From Patescibacteria group bacterium (GTDB lineage Bacteria; Patescibacteriota; Patescibacteriia; UBA1558; UBA10009), in the NCBI GenBank assembly GCA_018817315.1, contig JAHITV010000018.1, positions 12,012-76,011 of the forward strand: a stretch of DNA of 64,000 nucleotides, written 5' to 3'. The first letter of the stretch is position 1, and each line of letters starts with the position of its first letter. A program made the position numbers and the translations under genes. Shown in pieces: positions 30,484-40,341 of this stretch. Under the pieces are notes generated by a model. It searched no databases and had not been told where the DNA came from. It was given only the letters and a program-made list of their open reading frames with translations.

Positions 30484-31758
30484 ATGAATAATTTAGAAAC
30501 TTTATTAATAGACCCTAAATTAAAAAATGAATTCAAAGGTTTAATTAAACAGACTTTGGGTATGATTGATGTGGCTGAAAATTTTAGATTGACGCGAGGT
30601 ATTGAAAAAGAAATGAATAATTTAAGCCCTGAAACCAAGAAAATTTTTGATGAAGAAATTAAACCTTTATTGATTAAGCTTAAATGGCGGGCATTTCCCA
30701 GATTAAAACAGGGACAAGTTTTGGATCTTTTGGAAAACCATCTTTTAGTTACTAAAGAATTTAAAGAAATTGATGATAGGATTTTGGATATTAAACAAGC
30801 TGTCAACAATCATTTATTGCAAATTATTGATCATGATGAAAGGGATAGATTTAAAATATTAGTTAGGCAGACGTTATTGGTTAATAAGGAAGTGGTGGAT
30901 GAAAGTTTGGCAGTTAAAACTGTAGGCGAATGGTTTAAAAATATAATTTCTCAAGTTGGTCCGCAATTAACAGACCGTCTTAAAGAAAGCGAATATTATT
31001 TAAGGGATAGTAATTTTACTAAATTATCAAAAATTGATCAGCAATTTTTAAAAGGAGTATTCAGTTTATATAAATACTGTCTTTATTCATCTATTACACC
31101 CGAAGGCCTGGATGAAACAATTACCGTGATTGAAGATGGGAAAATGAAGGTTATCCGTCAGGGTATGATTGAGGAAATTCCTTCTTTAGATAAGGAGGAT
31201 CTGGAATTTATTACTGGCTTAGGAGGAACCGCTGTAGGAGCCAAAGAAGAAACAAAGTATCAATCGTTAACCCAGCATTATCATTCTTTGTTGGATAAAT
31301 TAGTTAAAAAAGAACAGTTAAAAGCAGTTAAATTAAAATCATCGGTTGCAGAAATTTTGGCGGAAAGAATTAATAAAGCTTTAGAGCAAAAAGAGCAAAC
31401 AGTGGTTTTAGCTGGTTTAGAAAGATTGATACAAATAAAACAGTTGGCTAAAATTTTAGAAAATAAAAATTTTAATCAGATTTTTAAAAAATATTTAATT
31501 TCCAAGTTTGGTCAGTTTAATGAGGAAATGATTAAAAAGTTTACGGTTGAAGTTTTTGCTCTGTTATTACAATTTATTTTTATTGATCAATTAAGGAATA
31601 CCGAGGAAGAAGGAGCAGTGTTAGTATTATATATAGCTAATCTTCTGGCTAAACAGGGAAATGATCAGTATTTAGTCGCCGTGTACGGCGATTCTAAAAG
31701 CAATTCTTTTAAATGGCGGGAGATAAAAATCGGGCAGGGACAATTAAAATTTGGATAA
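30484..31758 (+). CDS. Hypothetical protein
   Basis: 424-aa ORF in operon orientation with typical composition; no motif recognised. Confidence 0.7.
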   Translation: MNNLETLLIDPKLKNEFKGLIKQTLGMIDVAENFRLTRGIEKEMNNLSPETKKIFDEEIKPLLIKLKWRAFPRLKQGQVLDLLENHLLVTKEFKEIDDRILDIKQAVNNHLLQIIDHDERDRFKILVRQTLLVNKEVVDESLAVKTVGEWFKNIISQVGPQLTDRLKESEYYLRDSNFTKLSKIDQQFLKGVFSLYKYCLYSSITPEGLDETITVIEDGKMKVIRQGMIEEIPSLDKEDLEFITGLGGTAVGAKEETKYQSLTQHYHSLLDKLVKKEQLKAVKLKSSVAEILAERINKALEQKEQTVVLAGLERLIQIKQLAKILENKNFNQIFKKYLISKFGQFNEEMIKKFTVEVFALLLQFIFIDQLRNTEEEGAVLVLYIANLLAKQGNDQYLVAVYGDSKSNSFKWREIKIGQGQLKFG

Positions 31759-31790
31759 AACAGTAGCCAAGTCTGACTTGGCTACTGTTT
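31758..31790. terminator. Bidirectional terminator / palindrome
   Basis: AAACAGTAGCCAAGT CTG ACTTGGCTACTGTTT between convergent genes. Confidence 0.8.
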
Positions 31791-32349
31791 AATTAACTCT
31801 TTCTATGTATTCACCGGTTTCGGTGTTTATTTTAATGATTTCACCTTCTTTAATGAATAAAGGGACTTTAATTTGTCTATCAGTTTCCATGGTCACCAGT
31901 TTGCTGGCAGATCCTGCAGTATCACCTTTAATAGCAGGAGGACTTTGAGTTACTTTTAGCGCTACCTTAACTGGCAGTTTTACAGTCACTGGTTTATTTT
32001 CATAAACTAAAACATCAACGTTCATGCCTTCCTTTAAAAAATTTGCCGCAGTTCCTATTACTTCTTTATTTAAACTAAACTGCTCATAAGTATCATTATA
32101 CATGAAGTGATAATCCTCATTTTCTTTATAAAGAAAACTGGCTTTAAGATTTTCCAGCTGGGCTTCTTCAATTTTATCTGCGCCAGAAAAAGTAATTTCC
32201 AAATTTTGCCCGGTAATAAGATTTTTGAGTTTAGTTTTCAAATTAGCGCCGCCTCTGCCCATTTTTACATGTTGAGCGTAAATCACCAGATAAGGATACC
32301 CTTTGTAGTTAATAGTTGTGCCTAGTTTAATGTCATTTATTGATAGCAT
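31789..32349 (-). CDS. efp: Elongation factor P
   Basis: HVKMGRGGA, PPAIKGDT, VPLFIKEGE.IKINTETGEY.ER. Confidence 0.95.
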   Translation of the reverse strand: MLSINDIKLGTTINYKGYPYLVIYAQHVKMGRGGANLKTKLKNLITGQNLEITFSGADKIEEAQLENLKASFLYKENEDYHFMYNDTYEQFSLNKEVIGTAANFLKEGMNVDVLVYENKPVTVKLPVKVALKVTQSPPAIKGDTAGSASKLVTMETDRQIKVPLFIKEGEIIKINTETGEYIERVN

Positions 32350-32360
32350 GTCTGCAAATT

Positions 32361-32591
32361 TTATCTGGTAGTGTAGGGTAAAAGAGCCATGTATCTTGCC
32401 TGTTTAATGGCTTGGGCAAGTTTACGTTGATGTTTAGAACAAACACCGCTACGACGTCGGGGCACAATTTTTCCGTAAGAAGAGGTAAAACGTTGGAGTA
32501 ATTGCCACTGTTTAAAGTCAATTTCCTTAAAACCATTAACACAAAAGTAGCAATAACGTTTTTTATTGAGTAAATTTTTAGAATTAGACAT
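32361..32591 (-). CDS. rpsR: 30S ribosomal protein S18
   Basis: CYFC..IDFK..GKIVPRR..CSKHQR..AIKQAR..ALLPY. Confidence 0.96.
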   Translation of the reverse strand: MSNSKNLLNKKRYCYFCVNGFKEIDFKQWQLLQRFTSSYGKIVPRRRSGVCSKHQRKLAQAIKQARYMALLPYTTR

Positions 32592-32612
32592 ATAAAAAAT
32601 GTAAGTTACTAA

Positions 32613-33050
32613 TTAAAAGGGAATATCTTCCACATTAATTTCTTTTGTTGGTTCTGGTTGAGAATAATCAGTTGAGGGAGCAGGTTGTTCATCTGTAGCA
32701 GTTTCAGTAGCAGGAGCAGAACCAGGTCGATCAAGCATAATCATGTTGTCGGCAATAATTTCTGTGCGATAACGTTTAATATTATTCTGATCATCCCAGG
32801 AACGGGTTTGCAGACGTCCTTCAATATAAACTTTGCCGCCTTTTTTTAAATACTGCCCTACAATTTCTGCTAATTTTCTCCAAGCAACCACATTATGAAA
32901 TTCGGCTTTTTCTTGTTTTTGACCACTGGCATCAGTCCAAACTATATTAGTAGCCACAGTAAAATTTGCTACTGGTTGGCCAGAAGGCGTGGTCCTAACT
33001 TCTGGATCGCGGGTTAAATTACCTATAATCATTGCTTTATTTAGGTTCAT
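32613..33050 (-). CDS. ssb: Single-stranded DNA-binding protein
   Basis: [23 protein letters not shown], terminal EDIPF. Confidence 0.97.
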   Translation of the reverse strand: MNLNKAMIIGNLTRDPEVRTTPSGQPVANFTVATNIVWTDASGQKQEKAEFHNVVAWRKLAEIVGQYLKKGGKVYIEGRLQTRSWDDQNNIKRYRTEIIADNMIMLDRPGSAPATETATDEQPAPSTDYSQPEPTKEINVEDIPF

Positions 33051-33095
33051 ATGTTTTAAGATTAATAATTAGATTAATATTAAAATTATAAGAAT

Positions 33096-33578
33096 TTATT
33101 TAACCATCTCATCTTCTAATAATTCATCCAACTTTTTATCTAGATCTTCTAAGCTGATTTTTGGCTTTTTAATTTTTTCTTTTGTTTCTTTGGCTTCTTC
33201 AGTTTTGATTTGATCAGCAATTTTTTTCTTAATTCTTTTGTCTTTTAATTGTTCCTGATCAGCAATTTCTGCGGCGGTTTTTTGATGTTTTTTGATTAAT
33301 AAAAATCTAAGAATGGATGAAGTAAGCTTTAATTCCTTTTCTATTGTTTTTGTTTTATCTGACTCCAGATCAAATTCCAGACAATAATAAAAACCATGGC
33401 GTAGTTGTTTAATAGGATAGGCCAATTTTTTTCGGCCAAGGTCTTCTTCTACGGTAAGTTTTGCCTGGTTTTTTTCAAGTAGGGATTTAATTTTATTAAG
33501 AATTTCGGGATGTTGGTCTTCTGCTAAATTACCCGGAATAATGAGGGTTAGCTCATAATGTTGTTGTTCATTTTCCAT
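33096..33578 (-). CDS. rpsF: 30S ribosomal protein S6 with charged C-terminal extension
   Basis: YEL..I, LGRKKLAYPIK, ILRFLLIK; rpsF-ssb-rpsR synteny. Confidence 0.93.
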   Translation of the reverse strand: MENEQQHYELTLIIPGNLAEDQHPEILNKIKSLLEKNQAKLTVEEDLGRKKLAYPIKQLRHGFYYCLEFDLESDKTKTIEKELKLTSSILRFLLIKKHQKTAAEIADQEQLKDKRIKKKIADQIKTEEAKETKEKIKKPKISLEDLDKKLDELLEDEMVK

Positions 33579-33808
33579 AATTTTTTATAATTTATCCTAA
33601 ACTTTTTATTAATCAGCTTAGGAGTTTTCTTATAAATTTACTAAGAAAACGCGGTTAAATTATCACTATTTATATAGTGTTTCTCCATTTTGCCAAAAAG
33701 ATTGATAAATGTCAAGAGTTTAGAAATTGACAAATTTTATCAGAAAGAGTAAATTATAACATTAGCTCTTTATTGTCAACAAATACAACAAATAGATAGG
33801 GTAAAGCT

Positions 33809-33976
33809 ATGTGGTTGTTTGTGATACATCTCCTTGCTGATGGAGGAAAATTTACAGATCCCACAGATGATCCTATTAGGTATGCAGTCAAAGTTTTTAT
33901 TTTGATGGTGTGGTTTCTCTTCATTGCTTACAAAATCTATCAGATTGGTAATATTGGAAGAGATAATCAATCCTAA
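33809..33976 (+). CDS. Small membrane protein (55 aa), absent from the ORF track
   Basis: MWLFVIHLLADGGKFTDPTDDPIRYAVKVFILMVWFLFIAYKIYQIGNIGRDNQS; TTGACA upstream at 33727; terminator downstream. Confidence 0.5.
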   Translation: MWLFVIHLLADGGKFTDPTDDPIRYAVKVFILMVWFLFIAYKIYQIGNIGRDNQS

Positions 33977-34002
33977 AAGGGATACCATGGGGACTAAAGA
34001 TT

Positions 34003-34033
34003 GCCGTTGTAGGATTTCCTGCGACGGCCTTTT
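34003..34033 (+). terminator. Rho-independent terminator
   Basis: GCCGTTGTAGGA TT TCCTGCGACGGC CTTTT. Confidence 0.65.
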
Positions 34034-34111
34034 AATAAATTCAAAATTTGCCCTTTCGACAAGCTCAAGGCGTGGCATTGTTAAATTATCCCGAAAGTTT
34101 ATAATAATAGT

Positions 34112-35341
34112 ATGTTATTCAATCCTACCCGCAAAAAAAATTATGCTTTTGTTTTGGGTCACAGGCCTTTGCTTTCTCAAAAAGAAATTGAGAAAGTTTT
34201 AGAATTTCAAAAAGTGGATTTTAAAGAAATTTTTTTATCTTCGCAAGTTTTTATTATAGAAACATCTACTAAACTTGATCTTTTAAAACTGCAAAAGCAA
34301 TTAGGAGGAACAGTAAAAACAATTATCATCACTTATATTATTACTAAAGATAAACTAGAACGAACTGTCACTGAATTAGTCAACAGCAGAATAAATGAAT
34401 TAAGTTATCAGAAATTTATTAAAGATGGCAGTCAAAATTTTTCCAGAAAATATCAATTTGGTTTTAGCGTCTATGCCGAGGAAAAAATAAAGAATCTTTC
34501 CAAGATTGGTTTAAAAATTAAAAATGATTTAAAAGCAAGGAATATTAATTCACGTTTTGTTGTTTCTAAAAAAGCTGATTTGTCTTCGGTGATTGTGCAT
34601 AAAGAACGGCTACTTAATCAAGGAATAGATTTAGTAATTATTGCATCATCAGATAAATATTTTATTGGCTACACAGTTACTGTGCAGGAGTATGAGGATT
34701 ATTCCCAACGTGATTATGGCCGACCGGCGCGAGATGATAAATCAGGTTTACTGCCTCCTAAACTTGCCAAAATAATGATTAATATTTCCCAAACAGATTT
34801 TAGACAAACTATTTTAGATCCTTTTTGCGGTTCAGGAACAATTTTACAGGAAGCGCTTTTAATGGGTTATGTTAATCTTATCGCCTCTGATGTTTCTTTC
34901 AAAGCTATAGAAAAAACCCGTCATAATATTAACTGGCTTAAGACTAAGTATGATTTGGATATTTCCCGTTTAAAAATCCATCAACTTGATGCTACAACTA
35001 TTTCTCAACATTTATCTCCTGACTCAATAGATAGAATTATTACCGAACCATATTTGGGTCCTTCTTCTAAGATTTTCTCTGTCCAAACACCAAAGATTAT
35101 CAGTCAGATTACTGATCTATACTTAAAGTCGTTTACAGAGTTTTATAAGATTTTAAAAAAAGAAGGGAAGGTTATTATTATTTTCCCCATCATCAACGAT
35201 CAAAGACTTGATATTTTAGAACAAATCAAAAACAAAGGTTTTGTTGATGAATCTTTAAGCGAACAGTTACGTAGTTCTTTGGTTTACAGTAGAGAAAAAC
35301 AAAGAGTAAAACGTGAAATTTTTGTTTTCAAGAAAGTCTAA
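34112..35341 (+). CDS. Trm11-like SAM-dependent RNA methyltransferase
   Basis: RDYGRP..GLLPPKLAKIMIN, LDPFCGSGT, IITEPYLGP. Confidence 0.8.
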   Translation: MLFNPTRKKNYAFVLGHRPLLSQKEIEKVLEFQKVDFKEIFLSSQVFIIETSTKLDLLKLQKQLGGTVKTIIITYIITKDKLERTVTELVNSRINELSYQKFIKDGSQNFSRKYQFGFSVYAEEKIKNLSKIGLKIKNDLKARNINSRFVVSKKADLSSVIVHKERLLNQGIDLVIIASSDKYFIGYTVTVQEYEDYSQRDYGRPARDDKSGLLPPKLAKIMINISQTDFRQTILDPFCGSGTILQEALLMGYVNLIASDVSFKAIEKTRHNINWLKTKYDLDISRLKIHQLDATTISQHLSPDSIDRIITEPYLGPSSKIFSVQTPKIISQITDLYLKSFTEFYKILKKEGKVIIIFPIINDQRLDILEQIKNKGFVDESLSEQLRSSLVYSREKQRVKREIFVFKKV

Positions 35342-35464
35342 AAATAGAAAGATATCAGTCTTTTAAATAAGGCTAAGATTATATAAATTTTCTTGTAGTC
35401 TTGACTTGGTCGTGTTAAAATTTTAAAGTAGATTATTACTATTTTTTTATAATAAATAAATTTT

Positions 35465-37021
35465 ATGTCAAAAAAGAAGCAAAAAATTTGGAAGGCAGTG
35501 GCAGACATTGTCCAGAATACTTGTTTTATGATGGATTATCCGCTTAGATTTTTCTTTGAAGAATGGCCTAAATTGGGTCTTGGAAAAAAGTTTAATGAGT
35601 ATTTTACTTATTTTAAAGGTGATTTTAGTCAGATGGTTTATGTGGCGTGGGAGTTTGACGATCAGACAGAATTTATGGCAAAGAAGGTGATAAAAAAGCC
35701 GGTTTGGGCATACGGCCTGTTAAAAAAGGTGGAAGATTATTCTACTGAATTTTTTAGGGAAATGAAGAAAGTTAAGAAGTTGCCTTTAAGCAAGATGAGT
35801 AACGCTGAAATAATTAAGTTTCTAAAAAAGGTGGGTAAAATTCATTCCTGGCAGCATGGCTTGGGCGCGGCTCTTTCCTGGCATGCTGACGCTGAAGGCG
35901 AAAGAGTAACCAAGGCAGTGATGGCAGTAATAGAAGAAAGATTAAAAAAATCCTCTGTCAAGAAAAGTCTAGCAGAAGTTTTTTCCCTCATTACCACACC
36001 TCTTAGAGAAAGTCTTATACAGACTGAAGAAAAGAGTTTTTTGAAAGTTGCCCAAAGTATCAGTCAGCAGAAAAAAATGAAAAAAGTTTTTATTCAATCT
36101 GATTTAGATGAGTTAGTAAATAATTTAAAAGGTCTTGATAGGAGAACTTATAGAAAAATTTTAACTCATTATAATAAGTTTGCTCCTTTAACTTATCAAT
36201 ATAAAGGTCCGGCTTTCCCGCTTAGTGATTATGTCGGTAGATGGCAGGCATTATTGCGAGATGGAGCTTTACCAAATAAATTATTAAGGGAGTTAGAAAG
36301 AGAAAGTCAAAAGTTAAAAAAAGAACAGCAAAAATTAATTAAATCATTAAATTTCACCTTTCAAGAATCAAATTTAATAAAAGTTGCTCAATACATGATG
36401 TTTATTAAAGATTACCGCAAAAACGCTTTATATAATGCCATGTATTATTATGAATTTATTTTTAAGGAAATCGGTAAAAGATTACATTTGTCAGTTGGTC
36501 AGATACAGGCCATGGGATTTAAAGAGATTGTCCAAGCTTTACAATCAGGCAAAGTAAATACAGATGAATTAAATCAGAGACAGAAAGAAGCGGTAGCTTA
36601 TTGGGTTAGAAAACCTCAAGGGGTTAAAGATAAGATTTTGGTTGGCAAAGAGATGAAGAATTTTTTAAAGAAAATAGTTTGGCAAAAAATAAACACTGAA
36701 TCAGACGAATTAAAAGGTACCTGCGCTTATCCAGGAAAGGTTACAGGTATTGTTAAGATTATTAATACTCCAGACCAGATGAATAAAATGGAAAATGGTA
36801 ATATTATGGTGGCTCATAATACTAATCCTAACTTAGTGCCAGCCATGAAAAAAGCCACAGCTATTATAGGCGGCGCAGGCGGCTTAACCTGTCATTCTGC
36901 CATTGTTGCTCGGGAAATGAGAATTCCTTGCGTGGTAGGCGTAGCTAATTGCGACAGAATCTTAAAAGATGGTGATAAGGTAGAGGTAGATGCTGATAAA
37001 GGAGTAATAAGAAAAATCTAA
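35465..37021 (+). CDS. Array paralogue 1: variable N-domain + PEP-utilising mobile (phospho-His swivel) domain
   Basis: C-terminal GGLTCHSAIVAREMRIPCVVG..LKDGDKVEVDADKG. Confidence 0.9.
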   Translation: MSKKKQKIWKAVADIVQNTCFMMDYPLRFFFEEWPKLGLGKKFNEYFTYFKGDFSQMVYVAWEFDDQTEFMAKKVIKKPVWAYGLLKKVEDYSTEFFREMKKVKKLPLSKMSNAEIIKFLKKVGKIHSWQHGLGAALSWHADAEGERVTKAVMAVIEERLKKSSVKKSLAEVFSLITTPLRESLIQTEEKSFLKVAQSISQQKKMKKVFIQSDLDELVNNLKGLDRRTYRKILTHYNKFAPLTYQYKGPAFPLSDYVGRWQALLRDGALPNKLLRELERESQKLKKEQQKLIKSLNFTFQESNLIKVAQYMMFIKDYRKNALYNAMYYYEFIFKEIGKRLHLSVGQIQAMGFKEIVQALQSGKVNTDELNQRQKEAVAYWVRKPQGVKDKILVGKEMKNFLKKIVWQKINTESDELKGTCAYPGKVTGIVKIINTPDQMNKMENGNIMVAHNTNPNLVPAMKKATAIIGGAGGLTCHSAIVAREMRIPCVVGVANCDRILKDGDKVEVDADKGVIRKI

Positions 37022-37044
37022 TATATTTTAAGTCAATATAAGGT

Positions 37045-37078
37045 TGACTTAAAGTTAAACTTTTGTTAAACTTTTATT
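37045..37078 (+). promoter_or_regulatory. TA operon promoter with overlapping putative operator
   Basis: TTGACT-17 bp-TAAACT; tandem GTTAAACTTTT repeats and near-palindrome AAAGTTAAACTTT. Confidence 0.6.
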
Positions 37079-37101
37079 ATTAAGAAGCTAACTGATAAAT
37101 T

Positions 37102-37320
37102 ATGAGCAATATAATAGGTTTAAAAGAGTTAAGGCAAAATATGCCGGCTTATGCTAAAAAAGTTGAAAAAGGTCAATCTTTTGTGGTAGTTAAACAATCT
37201 AAGCCTTTGTTTAAAATCACTCCCTTGGAACAGGAAAGCGAGGAATGGGAGGAAGTAATTGATTTTACCAAAATTAAAAGAGGCGGAGTTAAATTAGATC
37301 AGCTACTTAGTCGTCTCTGA
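37102..37320 (+). CDS. Phd/YefM-like antitoxin
   Basis: IIGLKELRQN..VEKGQSFVVVKQSKPLFKITP. Confidence 0.8.
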   Translation: MSNIIGLKELRQNMPAYAKKVEKGQSFVVVKQSKPLFKITPLEQESEEWEEVIDFTKIKRGGVKLDQLLSRL

Positions 37321-37324
37321 ATTT

Positions 37325-37573
37325 ATGGACAAAATAGCTAAAGCTTTAAAACTTTTAAATCAGAGAGAAAAAAATACTGTCGCTGATATCTTAACTTCGC
37401 TTGAGAATCGGCTTTTTAAAAATTTAGACATCAAAAAACTTAAAGGCCATGATGATATTTTTAGGGCGCGAAAAGGAAAAATAAGGATTATCTACCGTTT
37501 AGTTAAAGGCAATATTATGATTTTAGCTATTGAGCGAAGGTCAGAAAATACGTATAAGAAGTTTAAAAAATAG
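37325..37573 (+). CDS. RelE/ParE family toxin
   Basis: DIKKLKG..IFRARKGKIRIIY..ILAIERR..Y. Confidence 0.85.
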   Translation: MDKIAKALKLLNQREKNTVADILTSLENRLFKNLDIKKLKGHDDIFRARKGKIRIIYRLVKGNIMILAIERRSENTYKKFKK

Positions 37574-37578
37574 TTTGT

Positions 37579-38799
37579 ATGTCAAAAACCAAATGGATTA
37601 AACAACTAACCAGAGAAAATACTTTACTTGATAGGAGTTTAAGGACTTTGGCTTATCATCAAAGTGTCAGGGAGCTTGGCAAAGCAAGTATTTCTAAATG
37701 TCCGGTTGTTGGTTTTAATAAAGTTACTTCTTGGTATTATTCGCCTGTTGATTTTAAAAATCAGCAAAAGATTATTTTTAGTGAATTTAAAGGAAAAAAT
37801 ATTGATAAAATGGGTTTAGTCATCACTAAATTTTTGGAACAAGGGTATTTATGGGCCAAATCGCAGAGAGTTAAAAAAATTTTTAAAAAAGAGTTTAGCG
37901 ATTATCTCAAAGAATCGCAGAAACATCATGCCCATGGCCGGGGAGCGATTGTTTATGGTTATTGGGGCGAGCCAATAGTCGCTCAAAAATTAAAGAAAGT
38001 TTTAATAGGAAAAGTTAAACCAAGCGAAGTTGATCATACTTTATCAATTCTTTCTGCACCAAGACCAGTTAAAGGCCCTTTGACAGGGTTTCATCATTTA
38101 GCTAAAAGTGAAGTTAAAAAGCAAAAATTAATTAAAAAATTAAAATTGACTGTCAAAGAACAGGAATTGGTAAAAATCCTTTCCTGGTTTACTTTTTTTT
38201 ATGAAATGGGCGAGCATGTTTCTTCTTATCTTTATGATCAATTAGTTTCGCATTTAAAAAAAACAGTCAGAAACAAAAAAGAGTTAGTAGAATTAGCCTG
38301 GTACGATCCTTACAGTTTAGAAAAATATTTTAAAGGTAAAAAATTAAGCCAAGAGGAAATTAAGCGCCGTCAGAAATGCTACATTCTTAAAATTGATAAA
38401 AACAGATTAACTATTTTAAGCGGAGAAAAGGCGCAGGCTTATTATGATAAAAATTTTACAGAAAAATTACCCAAACAAGTACCAGTAATTAAAGGTACAG
38501 TCGCCAGTTTAGGTAAAACTCAAGGAATAGTTAAAATAATTATTACCCAGGATGATCAAAAGAAAATGCAAAAAGGTGACATTTTAGTTTCTACTATGAC
38601 CACGCCTCGTTTAATGACTGCTGTTAAAAAAGCCGGCGCAATTATCACTGACGAAGGAGGAATGACTGCTCATGCTGCCATTGTCAGTCGCGAGTTTAAT
38701 ATTCCTTGTATTGTAGGAACAAAAGTTGCGACTAAAATTCTCAAAGATGGAGATAAAGTAGTAGTAGATGCGGAGCGAGGTATTGTCAAGAAAGTATAA
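37579..38799 (+). CDS. Array paralogue 2 (N-domain + His swivel)
   Basis: TDEGGMTAHAAIVSREFNIPCIVGT. Confidence 0.9.
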   Translation: MSKTKWIKQLTRENTLLDRSLRTLAYHQSVRELGKASISKCPVVGFNKVTSWYYSPVDFKNQQKIIFSEFKGKNIDKMGLVITKFLEQGYLWAKSQRVKKIFKKEFSDYLKESQKHHAHGRGAIVYGYWGEPIVAQKLKKVLIGKVKPSEVDHTLSILSAPRPVKGPLTGFHHLAKSEVKKQKLIKKLKLTVKEQELVKILSWFTFFYEMGEHVSSYLYDQLVSHLKKTVRNKKELVELAWYDPYSLEKYFKGKKLSQEEIKRRQKCYILKIDKNRLTILSGEKAQAYYDKNFTEKLPKQVPVIKGTVASLGKTQGIVKIIITQDDQKKMQKGDILVSTMTTPRLMTAVKKAGAIITDEGGMTAHAAIVSREFNIPCIVGTKVATKILKDGDKVVVDAERGIVKKV

Positions 38800-38802
38800 T
38801 AT

Positions 38803-40338
38803 ATGTCAAATATTGAATTATTACATCAAGAAACGTCTGTAAGTCCATTTACTTTAGGGGTTTACTATCGTGGTTTTCATCAAACCAAAAAAAATCATAA
38901 ATATCTTAAACCATTATATTTTAAGAATTCTTTTGTGGTTTTTAAAGGTGACAAAGTTGATTGGTACGGCGATATGGATAATTTTAAAGAGATGGCTGAT
39001 AAGATTATTAATGATGTTAAAAAAGATCCAAAATACAGTCAACGTTTATTAACTGATGTAAATAAACTTACTCAAAAGATTTTCAATGAAGGTAAAATTA
39101 TTCTTAAGTTAAATTTAAGGAAGTTGTCTAGTCAAACAATTGCTAGTCATTTAAATAAAATGTACCAGCTGGGTCAGGATATTAGTGATTTGGGCATGGT
39201 AGCGGTAATTCCAGATTTAAGACATAGTAAATTAACTACTTTATTAAAAGATATTATTAAGCAGAGAATTCAGCGGTTTAAGATAAAAAAACAGATTAAT
39301 TATTATTTTACCCCTTTAATTACTCCCACTGGAAGAGGTTTAGTGCATCAAGAGAAATTAGTAATTTTAAAATTAGTAAAAAAAGTTTCTCAAAATAAAG
39401 AATTAAATCAATTATTCAAAAAATATACACCGGATTATATTAATAATTTTTTGAAAAATAAATTCCCTGTAATTTTTAAGGAGATAGAAAATATTCATCA
39501 TAATTATAAATGGCTTTATTTTGGCCAGTTAGGCCCAGCTAAGTCTTTTACTCAATATCTTGAAGATATTAAGGTATATCTTCAAGATAAAAAGTTTAAG
39601 CAGGAATACAGCTCTTTAATCAAAGAAGGTAAAAATCTAAAAAGGTTACATAATCAGTACACCAAAGAGCTGCATCTTAACAATGTTGAAGAAAAATTAT
39701 TCATGGCTGCCAGAGATTTTAGCTATAATAAAACCTGCCGTTTTGACGCTCTTCTTTTTGACTATTATGTTTTAGATCAGTTATTAAAAGAAATCTCTAA
39801 AAGAAGCGGCTGGATAGTAAAAGATTTACGTTATATGTCAGTTGAGGAGATTATTAAGTTATTACAAAACAAAAAATGTCTCAAAAATAAAGAAATTAAA
39901 ACAAGAGAAAGGTTTTGTATCACTATTATAAGAGGTAAAAGAATACATTTTTTAACTGGCGTAAAAGCCAAAAATTACTTAAAACAAAAAGTAAAGAATT
40001 TAAAAGTAGAAGAGGATAAAACCATAATTCATGGCATGAGCGCTTTTTTGGGAAAAGTCAGCGGTACAGTAAAAATTGTTAATTCGCCCAAAGACATTAT
40101 TAAGATCAAAACAGGTGATGTTTTAGTTTCGGTACAAACCAATCCTGATTTATTGCCAGCCATGAAAAAAGCGGCTGCCTTTGTGACTGATATTGGCGGA
40201 ATTACTTCGCATGCTGCTATTGTCGCCAGAGAAATGAAAAAACCTTGCATTGTAGGTACAAAAGTCGCTACTACGATTTTTAAAGACGGAGATAAAATAG
40301 AAGTTGATGCTGTAAAAGGAGATGTTAAAAAAATTTAA
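38803..40338 (+). CDS. Array paralogue 3 (N-domain + His swivel)
   Basis: TDIGGITSHAAIVAREMKKPCIVGT. Confidence 0.9.
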   Translation: MSNIELLHQETSVSPFTLGVYYRGFHQTKKNHKYLKPLYFKNSFVVFKGDKVDWYGDMDNFKEMADKIINDVKKDPKYSQRLLTDVNKLTQKIFNEGKIILKLNLRKLSSQTIASHLNKMYQLGQDISDLGMVAVIPDLRHSKLTTLLKDIIKQRIQRFKIKKQINYYFTPLITPTGRGLVHQEKLVILKLVKKVSQNKELNQLFKKYTPDYINNFLKNKFPVIFKEIENIHHNYKWLYFGQLGPAKSFTQYLEDIKVYLQDKKFKQEYSSLIKEGKNLKRLHNQYTKELHLNNVEEKLFMAARDFSYNKTCRFDALLFDYYVLDQLLKEISKRSGWIVKDLRYMSVEEIIKLLQNKKCLKNKEIKTRERFCITIIRGKRIHFLTGVKAKNYLKQKVKNLKVEEDKTIIHGMSAFLGKVSGTVKIVNSPKDIIKIKTGDVLVSVQTNPDLLPAMKKAAAFVTDIGGITSHAAIVAREMKKPCIVGTKVATTIFKDGDKIEVDAVKGDVKKI

Positions 40339-40341
40339 TTT

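Noticed and set aside
33776-34202. Track ORFs 33776-34078(-) and 33924-34202(+)
   Set aside because: They cross a terminator and palindrome and have no motifs; the 55-aa ORF at 33809 fits the signals better.
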